Source of the DNA: Octopus sinensis
Taxonomy: Eukaryota
Direction of reading: 5' to 3'
Length of the DNA: 64,000 nt
NCBI RefSeq assembly: GCF_006345805.1
Contig: NC_043003.1
Span: 11,160,001 to 11,224,000, forward strand
Shown piece by piece: positions 53,536 to 64,000 of the stretch (position 1 is its first letter; every line of letters begins with the position of its first letter). The translations under genes were made by a program, and so were the position numbers. The notes beneath the pieces are model-generated. The model was not told the DNA's origin. It made no database searches and saw only the letters and a program-made list of their open reading frames with translations.

Positions 53536-54099
53536 CATCTCTGTTCAGCTCTCTGCTTCATCAGAAACTGTACAGAAAAGAAACCTAACTACACGGAAAT
53601 GCAGTAGCTCCAGCATGGTCTCATCCTCTGGCTGAATCCAGTAAAACATAGAAGGTAAGAGATAAAGATACACACACACAGATATATGTGTTTCATTTCC
53701 GGATATTTCAAAATGTAACCTTATGTGAATCGTTTGCAATTTTTTCCCCTCCATCTTCCTTTTCTATTGGACTTTCCTCTGTCTCCTGTTTCTGAAGAAG
53801 AGCTTTGCTTGAAATGTAAAACCACCTTTCTTTCCTTCCCTAAGTGTCTTAATACTCTGCATGTACCACGTCCTCGCGTTATTTTTTCGTTTGTTCTTCG
53901 TTTTTTTTTTTTACCAAGTATATATATATATATATAATTAAAATTAATCAAAGGACATACTAAGTATGTCTAACTGCTTGAAATAACAGTCAAAACTCTT
54001 ATTATATCGACAAAAATACACTGATGAAAACTACAGAAATCAAACGAAGGCAAAATCAGGTTAAGACAATCTACTAACATACATTTAAGTATCTGGATT

Positions 54100-54155
54100 C
54101 ACGTGGACCGGTTTCTGCACTGGCAAAATAAGCCTTAGCTTCCTCAGCACACGTT
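54100..54155 (-). ncRNA. Minimal hammerhead-like motif
   Basis: ACGTGTG-CTGAGGA-A-GC..GGC(TTATTTT)GCC..GC-A-GAA-ACCGGT-C-CACGTG; palindromic stem III, GUC triplet. Confidence 0.55.
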
Positions 54156-54756
54156 ACCCTGATTAGAGATTAGATATGTATATATATGTATGTGTGGAGA
54201 GTATTGTTAATAATAAAATAAAAATCAAAAGCCGTTAGAAAACCGATTATAGCAGCGACTCCATCTGAGAATATCTGAAGAAGGAATATTATTCCGAAAT
54301 GTCATATCAGACTATGGATAACTAAATTACAACAGGTATATAGCCCATGGTCTGTATTATAGCGCATTGTTGTACCATTCAAAATTTTTATTCTTTACAA
54401 GTGTATGTGTATTTTTTCAATGTGTACAAATAACACGGAAAAAATAGATAAATAGTTACCAGGGTAGCAAAAATGGCCAAGGATGTAACAGCCTACCTGT
54501 AAAGGTAGAAATTCCAGGGTTTAGTGAAATGTTTTAATAAAACATACGTAAATTAAGAAATGGAGTTAAAACACAGGTGTTATTCAAATCTTTATACTTC
54601 CAACATATGTTTCAAATAAAACATTGGTAATATTTCTGAGGGAATGAAATGGTGTAAAACAATGTAATCATCTCATCAAGGTAAAAAAGAGTAACAAAAC
54701 ACATCAATAAGGCATGTTAATCGAATGTGATTACCATATATATATATATATATATA

Positions 54757-55286
54757 TGTAACGAACTTTCTCTCTCTTATATATACATGAGTACGGACGT
54801 AGTGGATAACAGCTAGCCTTCAGCCACTTGGACCCTGTTGTGTCCACTACCCTGATTGGTTGGTATTGGCACAGTTTGTCTCTTGCTCTATTATGTGCCA
54901 ATGTGCAACCCAACCAATTGCAGCCTTCTGATAAGGTCACGAGAGACAGCCTTTTCCAGTCCTCCGGTGAGCCGATAGATTGCTATAATATGCTAGCTTC
55001 AACACCGAGTCGAAGTCGGTCGGTTCCAGACCATTTTAGGTCTGGCCGCTGACCACAGAGCACATACCCAGTTCCAGCGACAACACCAGCAGCCACATGG
55101 GCAAACAGCAACACTTCGTCTAGCAGCATTCAGGACCTCCGTCTTAATGTCGTCAACAACATCTCTCTACATGCACCCCGGTTCTATCTCAACACTGTTC
55201 GTGAATTACTTCACCGTGGTTAGCAACAAATACAACCTTCGAGAATTGCAGGATGGGTCAAAATGATAATTTCTTTTACCAATACA
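54757..55286. mobile_element. Probable solo LTR (530 bp)
   Basis: TGTAAC...AATACA termini (TG..CA), CpG-richer interior, TATA on both flanks inside a (TA)n run. Confidence 0.5.
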
Positions 55287-55544
55287 TATATAATACAAAG
55301 TAAGTTAGGGGTTATGGGTGTAACCCACTATGGGATAGCATTTATCCAATATACTGTTGATAAAGTACACAGATTCTTAATACATAAATGTTTTTAATTG
55401 CAATGCAATTAACTCATTTATTGTATTAAACGGGTGAAGGTAAAGAAATATTTTACCGTTAACATTCTAATATCTGAAAGTTGATGAACAAACTAAATTT
55501 GTTTCTCCATTTTCTTATTTGTATTATATATATATACACTCTCT

Positions 55545-56680
55545 CTTTTTATTTTCTCCCCCTGTTTATTTCTGTGTTCCTTTCTGTCGAAGAGCATAGG
55601 CTCGAAACATAAAAGACTTTCTCACTTCCTGAGTGTTAAACTAATACATCTGTTTATTGTTTACACACCCATCTTTGTCTTTTGTTTTTTTGTAAATTCT
55701 CACTATATATTACACGCTCATGTGGTTGCACCACTTTTATCCTGTCTCCACCTCCACTTCAAACTTTTCTTGTACTATTCTACCTGAATTCTCTACCTGG
55801 ACTTTCTTCTACACTCAGACTCCTACACTTCGGCTGCACTTCTCCTACCCATGGATTATATTGGACTCTTCCTTTGATGAGAAATCAACACCAATACACC
55901 ACAACATTTGTACCTTTTGAACTTTTCTAAACTTGTTTGTACTTACTGCTTTTTCCTATTGTCTTTTCTCTCAATCCGCACTTGTTACCTTGCCTCTCTC
56001 TCTTCTTTCTTTTTCCCCTTTTGTCTATCTCCTCTTCTTTCTAGCTCTCCTGTGTGACCCTCTATCCGGCATTCACCATGATAGATCACTTGCCACTAAA
56101 CCTTTTTCTATTTTCTCTCCCTGTTTATTTCTGTGTTCCTTTCTGTCGAAGAGCATAGGCTCGAAACGTAAAAGACTTTCTCACTTCCCGAGCATTAAAC
56201 TAATATATCTGTCTGTTGTTTACATACTCATCTTTGTCTTTTGTTTTTTTGTAAATTCTCACTATATATGTATATAGATTCTTTTACTTGTTTCAGCCAT
56301 TTCACTGCAGCCATCCTGGAGCACCATCTTTTAGTCGAGCAAATCGACCCAGGACTTATTCTTTGTAAGCCTAGTACTTATTCTATCGGTCTCTTTTGCC
56401 GAACCGCTAAGTTACGGTGATGTAAGCACACCAGCATCAGTTGTAAAGCGATGGTGGTGGGGAACAAACACAGACACACATACATTCGCCATGATAGATT
56501 GCTAGCCACTAAACTTTTTCAATTTTTCTCCCTGTTCTGTGTTCCTTTCTGTCGAAGAGCGTAGGCTCAAAATGTAAAAGACTTTCTCACTTCCCGAGCA
56601 TTAAACTAATACATCTGTTCATTGTTTGCATATCCATCTTCATCTTTTGTTTTGTTTGTTTTTTGTAATTTCTAACTATA
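55545..56680 (+). mobile_element. Three PLE pseudo-LTR units with CUGU-core HHR-like motifs, plus a SINE A fragment
   Basis: Motifs at 55580-55615, 56139-56174 and 56545-56580; sixth family copy at 59367-59402 (-). Confidence 0.7.
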
Positions 56681-57400
56681 TATATACACACACACACACA
56701 CAGTAGACATATAAACCTGACAAATTTTAACTATTTTCCCCACATATTGAATAAACCAAACAACCTTGATTGATTTTCAAACCTTATTGAATCCTCAGAG
56801 AGGCCTACATCAATTTAACCGATTTCATAGAAATAAGCAACCAATCTCTTTATATACTCAGCAAATCCAGAATCTACACTAAATTGGAGCAACTAATTTG
56901 CATACCATTAGACCTTAATTTATTTGATATGTCACCAGGGATCTCAGTTCATGCAACATCAAAGTATGATATATGTAACCTGTGAAGCAGAGATACAAAT
57001 GAATTTAAACTTTTTATTTGTAGACTAGCTGCAATTTTTGTGTTATGTGTAGATAGATCATCATGGTGTGTTTGTGTGATTATATAAAATGAGTATTTTG
57101 ATATTAATACCAAATGCATAATGAAACTGCTGATAATATTAGCCATGCTTCCTGTGTAGAATTGAATGGTTGTCTAAATTCGACAATGTTTCATTCTTGG
57201 GCTTGGCCATTTGTATGGAAAACGATAAGAAATGCTAAAATACAATATATCAATAAGTATATATAAGTTTGTGTGTGTATGGACATGTATGTGTGTAACT
57301 GTACTGTTTGTGCAAGTATTCCTATGTATGGAAAAAGTATTTGTTGATTGGGGAGACACAGAAAGAATGTGTGTGTGGCTATAAATATAAAATTTCCCCT

Positions 57401-57446
<46 letters not shown>

Positions 57447-57447
57447 G

Positions 57448-57481
<34 letters not shown>

Positions 57482-59460
57482 CAGGACAAGAAGAAAATGG
57501 AGGGGATCCAGAGGTAGTATGCATCAACTGTTAGACATTATATTATGTCTATTTATCTTAAACAATTATGAGAATATATATACATATGTAAAGATTGTAT
57601 TTTATATACGTAAGTACCATTCTGCTTGTCTGTCTGTCTATCTGTCTATCTACCTACCTGCCTCCCTGTCTGTCTGTTTGTCCATCTATCTATTAATCAA
57701 TTTACCTATTTATCTGTCCATGTTTATCTATCTATTGATCTAGCTAGCTGCCTGTCTATCTGTCTGTCTGTCTATCTATCTGTCTGTTTGTCCATCTATC
57801 TATTAATCAATCTACCTATTTAGCTTTTCATGTTTATCTATTGATCTAGTTAGCTACCTGTCTATCAGTCTGTCCATCCATTTTACCTATCTATCTGTCT
57901 ATCTTTCTATCTCTATCTATCTATCCATGTACCTCTGTATGTGTATACATGCAGACATGGACACAGTCTTACACTCTGTATATACATGCACTCTTATCTT
58001 TCCATTGAAGAAAGCGTTCATGGTTAAGGTGACCAAAAAGAAAAAAAAAAAAACAGGAACAAATAAATAAAAATAAAATAAAATTAAATAAAAAAAAAAG
58101 ATAAATAAAATGAATGAAGAAAAAAATTAAGCATTTTCTGGCAAGTTGGCTACAGCTATATAATAAGTGGAGATCTAAAGTAATATTGATAAATTGTCTT
58201 GAATAATATGTATAGAATCCGAAGCATAATAGATGGTGCTGGAGTTTGAACAAAAAAACAAAATGGCCCTGTGACCAATTCAATTAATCAGCTCTGATAG
58301 ATTTAGCAGATAGATTCCTATGACAGTTCCCTAGAGCAGCAAGCTTCAATACACTTTTCAAAATCCTTGAACAAAACTTGCAATGAAAACATTCTCTTTG
58401 ATTATATATGTTAGTCGGATACTGTTAGCGGTAGTTAACATTCCTCTGTCTTCCTTTGATTATTTTAGCTGCGGTTGTCTTTAGAATTTGTCATGAAGAT
58501 CTTTAGTAAGTAGAAGGAAAAATTCTGCCTGACTTGAGTAATTCGGCTGTCCAAACGGCTTGCGCAGATAAACCAATTATCTTGCCAATCTAAGTATAGG
58601 AGATTATGTCGTGTTGCTTGTTCAAGTTGGTGGATATGTTTTTGGTGGCATTTTCTGTCGAAGACAAATCAATGGACTTGTGTCTCGTACACCATGCAGT
58701 AATTGCTGTTCATTTGTGCTAGTGCTAGTGCTAGCCATTTCTTAAGAAATTGCATTATTTTCGAGGAATTATTATTGTTGTTGTATAGCGTAATTATGCT
58801 TGTAAGTATATCTAGACACGTGTGTGGTGTGTATGACTATATTTATGCATGTATATGTATTTGTGTGTGTGTGTGTCATTGTCCTCGTTGCTTAACGTCT
58901 GCTTTCCATGCTGGCATGGGTTGGCTGGTTTGACTGAGGACCAGCAACCCGGGAGGCTGCACCAGGCTCCAATCTGATCTGGCAAGGTTTCTACAGCTGG
59001 ATGCTCTTTTTAACGCCAATCACTCCAAGAGTGTAGTGGGTGCTTCTTACATGCTGCTGACACAGAGCCAGTCAGGTGGCACTGGCATCAGCCACACTTG
59101 AATAATGCTTTTTACAGGCCAGTCAGTCAGCACTGGCATCAGTCATGCTCAAATGGTACTTTTTACATGTCACTGGTACAGGTGTCAGTTAGGCAGCACT
59201 TGCATTGGCCACGCTTGAGTGGGGCATTTTAGGTACCAAGTATATTTTTGTATGAGTATATATGTGTATGTATATAGGGGGAGAGTTCATGAAGAAAACA
59301 AGACGAAGATAGGGGGTGTACAAAACAAACAGATGTATTAGTATAACGCTCATGAATTGTAAAAGTCTTTTATGTTTCGAGCCTACGCTCTTCTACAGAA
59401 AGGGACACAGAAAAAAACAAGGAGAGAAAAAAATGCGTGTAGTGGCTATCGATCTATATA

Positions 59461-59512
<52 letters not shown>

Positions 59513-61090
59513 ATTGTTAAAGAGGACAACAAGCATTAAGCCAAGTCGTATACGATATTATTATTTTTTTCCAGTAATAATATTGTATATGCTGCATTGG
59601 AAATCTGCAATGGCTCCATAACTATTGTCTCGGCTATAACCTTGGAGCCCCAGTAATGTTACAGGATTTACCTAGCATACCTAATCTTTTAGATCACCTG
59701 TGAATGAAACCCCATACTTTATATATATATATAGATATATATAGTAAAATGTGTACTTACGCCGTAAGGCTTCATTTCCACACATGCCAGCTGAATTCAA
59801 TTTGTCCCCAGTCGAAAGACACCTGTTGTTATGTCCTGTTATTATTATTATTATTTTTATTGTATTTTGTATTTATATTCATGTAACATTGTCTGTTTTT
59901 CCGTCCTTGTTTTCGTATACATTCAATGCTTTCTTCCAAGGAATCTAATGCTCTTAGCTTAGTTTTTCCTTGGGGCTGACCAGATTGGAGCAATCTCAAG
60001 ATTAATCAGCTGAAATAACGAGGATGATCCAGTTCTTGACTGAGGTTAGAAAGCTTCGAATGACCCGTCCTTGTTTTTTTTGTATCGTCTATCTGGATGT
60101 TTTGTTGTCCCCTTTTGTATATCCTAGTTGTCCGGATGTTTTGCGTTCTTGTCCTATTTTGTATTTTATATATATATATATATATGTCTGTCAAGCCAAG
60201 TGAGATTGTAGTCGTGGTTGATGTCGGTGTTTCATAACTGGCACCCATACCGGTGGCATGTAAAAATCACCCACTACACTCTTGAAGTGGTTGACCTTAG
60301 GAAGGGCATCCAGCAGTAGAAACTATGCCAAATCATGTTGGAACACAACGCATCACCCGGTCCAGGAATCGAAACCACAATCTGATGATCATGAGTGCAA
60401 CAGCTTAACCACTAAGCCACGTGTCTCCACAAATTTCTAAATACTATTAGAAGCTGTGTAAAAACACTATTAAAATATTTTGTGTGTTGTAGAAGTACAA
60501 ACCAATTTATTGTGCATAAATATTATAACAGCAAAATCTTATACGGATCCCCCAGGGCCATATGCACTCCCAAGTGCCAGATGGACCCTGGTTAAGAACT
60601 TGAGAACTACTAGCGTAAATGATACAGAGAGATAGATATTGAAAGGGATAGAGGATGAGAGATCGAGAGAGGGTGAAAACAAGGAAAGAAGCCAATAGAG
60701 AGATAGAGAAGAGGAACCGAAGAAGACCTGACAAGGCTTTTGATCTTTGCCATGAAAGGAAGATCAGAGGTTTCTTTGAAATGAACCTGAGAAGTGTAAA
60801 GTGACATCTAGAACTTAGAATGTAAGATTCTGAATTTAGCATAGATTGGTTTATTGAGGGGGATATTTCTGTGGTCACTCTAATGGGTTTTTTTTTAATT
60901 GTCACGTTAATTCAGTTAATGAAAATATTAATTTTATGCTATGAAATAAACAATTGCCATTTATTTCATGTCCACTTTTTTTTTCATAAAATGAGGGGAT
61001 TCTGTGTTGCCATTTTGGGGGCTGGTGGTTTTGCTTAGCTAACTGGGGATTCTGCCTGTTTTGGGCAACAATGCTCTTTTGGTGCTGCAT

Positions 61091-61123
<33 letters not shown>

Positions 61124-62633
61124 CATGCTTGTATGCACATACAAAAATATGTGCATACATACAAAGAAAGTGAGAGAGAGAGATATATATATTGCACATT
61201 CTTTTACTCTTTTATTTGTTTCAGTCATTTGACTGTGGCCTTACTGGAGCACTGCTTTTAGTTGAACAAACCAACACCAGGACTTATTCTTTGTAAGCCT
61301 AGCACTTATTCTATCGGTGTCTTTTGCCAAACCGCTAAGTTATGTAAACACACTGACATTGGTTGTCAAGCGTTGGTGGGGGGAGCAAACACAGACACAC
61401 AAATCATCATCATCATCGTTTAATGTCTGTTTTCCATGCTGGCATGGGTTGGCCGGTTTGACTGAGGTCTGGAGTCAGTGGCTGCACCAGGCACCAATCT
61501 GATCTGGCAAGGTTTCTACAGCTGGATGCCCTTCCTAATGCCAACCACTCTGAGAGTGTAGTGGGTGCTTTTTACATTCCTCCAGTACAGGAGCTAGTCA
61601 GGTGGGCCTGGCATCGATCATGTTCGGATAGTGCTTTTTACATGTCAATGGTATAGGGGCCAGTTAGGTGGTACTGGCATCAGCCACATTTGGATGGGGC
61701 TTTTTCCATGCCACCAGCACAGGAGCCAGTCAGGCGGACCTGGTAATCGACTACATTCAGATGGTGCTTTTTATGTGTCACCAGTACGGGAACCAGTCAG
61801 GGAGCACTGGCCACAGCTACAATATTGGTTCTACTTGACTGAATAGGTTTTTTCATGCATATCAAATCATATATATACTTTGGGCTTCTTTCAGTTTCCA
61901 TCTACCAAATCCACTCACAAGGCTTTGGCTGGCCCGAGGCTACAGTAGAAGACACTTGCTCAAGATGCCACACAGTAGGACTGAACCCGGAACCATGTGG
62001 TTGGGAAGCAAGCTTCTTACCACACAGCCACAAAAATTATCCACATAAATTTGTGAAAGTGCATAGCTAGGTGGTTAGGGTATTCAGCTTACAATCATAA
62101 GGTCGTGGGTTCAATATCTGGAGGTGTATTGTGTCCTTGAGCAAGACACTTTATTTCATGTTGTTTCAATGTACTCAGCTGGCAAAAATGAGGGATATAA
62201 TTCAAAGGGTCAGCCTTGTCACATTCTGTGTCACGCTGAATCTTCTTGAGAGCAATGTTAAGGGTACACGTGTCTGTGGAGTACTCAGCCACTTGCATGC
62301 TAATTTTCCGAGCAGGCTGTTCCATTGACAGGGTTCCAGGGTTATAAACATATGTAGATGCTCATACACATAAAGAGAGAGAGAGAGAGAGATAAAGAGA
62401 GACAGAGACTCAGAGAGAGACAAAGAGAGACAGACAGAGAACATTAGAATTTATGGGCTGAACATAATTGACATACATATAAAGAGAAATATGCTTACAC
62501 AGGAAGAGAGAGAGGAAGGGAAGGAGAGAAAGAGAGAAATGTTGAAATGTCTGATGTCAAATAAGTCAGCATTGAATTAGCTATGCCAACTCGGCAACGC
62601 CAAAACAGCTGTGCCAAAATGTCTCATGTCTAC

Positions 62634-62705
62634 CTTTTGCTTGTTTGCCGTTGGCGATTTCTTTTCCATCTTTGGACTTTCCCCTTCCTCCTTTCCAACA
62701 AAGAG
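62634..62705 (-). CDS. Candidate 72-nt phase-0 exon (unidentified)
   Basis: TTTGACGTTTCACGCATAG|CTC...CAAAAG|GTAGAC; reads LFVGKEEGESPKMEKKSPTANKQK. Splice-site fit only. Confidence 0.2.
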
Positions 62706-62954
62706 CTATGCGTGAAACGTCAAACTTTCTCCTTTCAACGAGCATTGCTTTTTTTGTTTCTTTTTTGTTTTTTTTTATTCATTTATTTGAATTGATTATA
62801 TGTGTGTGTGTGTGTTCTGTGTATAGGATGCATAGTAACTTTCTGAAGCCCTTGAGCTCATATACGTGAACCCTTTTTTGTTCTGTTTCGGGTGTAAGAG
62901 TCCAGCTCTCAGTCATACAGAAGTTTCAGAGTCACCAGGGACTCATAGAACACT

Positions 62955-63905
62955 TTGAGTGGTGGTGGGTGTTGCTTGTGGTGGTGCTAGTGGTGGTGGT
63001 GATGGTGATGCTTGTGGTGGTGCTGATGCTGGTAGTGGTTGTGGTGGTGGTGGTGGTGGTATCGGTGGTGACGGCGGCGGTGGTGGTGGTGATGATGCTT
63101 GTGGTGGTACTGGTAGTGGAGGTGGTGGAGGATGGTGGTAGTGGTGGGGTTTTTGTTAGTGTTTGTTGCAGTGGTGGTTGTAGTGTTAGCAATCCTAGTG
63201 ATAGTAGTGGCGGTTGTGGTGCTGGTGTTAGTGGTATTTGTGGTGGTAGTAGTGCAGTGGTGGTATAAGAAGCAGCAATGGGATGGTCATGACGGTAGTA
63301 GTAATGGCGGTGTAAGGGTAGTACTATTAGTGTGTGATGGTGGTGATAGATAGAAATGGTAGTACTGATAGTGATATTGGTGTTGTTGCTGTTGGTGGTG
63401 GTGGTGGTGATGTTAGTGATGGTGGTAGTGATGGTAGTGATGGTGGTGGTGGTGGTATTGGTAGCAGTGGAGTTGTTGTTGGTTGTTGTTGTCACCATCA
63501 TTATCATCCTCATCCCCATCGTCATTGTTGCTGTCTTTGTTATCTTCATCATCATCATAATTATCATCATGATCATCATCCTCATCGTCATCATCATCAT
63601 CTTCATCTCCATCATTATCATCCTTATCATCATCATCATCATCATTATCCTTATCATCATCATCATTATCCTTGTCATCATCATCACCATCATCATCATA
63701 ATCAGCGTCATCATCATGATCATCATTATCGTCATCATCGTCATGAGAATCCTCATCATCGATATGATCATCATGATCATTATCATCATCATCATCATCT
63801 CGATCATCATCATCATCACAATCATCATCCTCATCGTCATCACCGTAATCATCATAATCATTTACCACAATCATCAACTATCATCATGATCATCGTCATC
63901 ATTCA
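62955..63905. repeat. Compound (GGT/GAT/CAT)n trinucleotide island
   Basis: Mosaic triplets giving poly-G/V/H/D/M ORFs in many frames. Confidence 0.9.
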
Positions 63906-63936
63906 ATATATTCGGCGATACCAATAACATTCGATA

Positions 63937-63982
<46 letters not shown>

Positions 63983-64000
63983 ACACACAACCTCATTTTA

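Noticed and set aside
63334-63927. His/Gly-rich ORF suggesting a cephalopod structural protein
   Set aside because: Built from GGT/CAT triplet mosaics open in many frames on both strands; no signal peptide or ordered peptide repeat.

Overview
AT-rich, extremely microsatellite-dense eukaryotic DNA. The SINE/RTE repertoire looks like a coleoid cephalopod (Octopus-like) intron or intergenic region; this is my recognition of the repeat families, not a database hit. Almost every ORF in the track is a microsatellite or antisense-to-transposon artefact, and I recognised no host protein domain, only a few weak candidate exons. Supportable content: a 5'-truncated RTE LINE with a Cys/His insert in its RT (45.36-47.45 kb), two restriction-like-endonuclease (R4/Dong-like) retroelement ends, mariner, hAT, Helitron and MITE remnants, a probable solo LTR, one tRNA-Leu(TAG)-like gene or pseudogene, several tRNA-derived SINE families, and many Penelope-like element (PLE) remnants. 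The main theme is RNA structure: about 17 minimal type-I hammerhead ribozyme (HHR) motifs from several unrelated families. They include a tRNA-headed SINE whose 3' part is a hammerhead, a six-copy family with a fixed CUGU-N-GA core instead of CUGA-N-GA, and an inversion breakpoint sitting exactly at an HHR boundary. A 283-bp insertion with a perfect 17-bp target-site duplication shares its 3' tail with an abundant SINE and may be that SINE's partner LINE.
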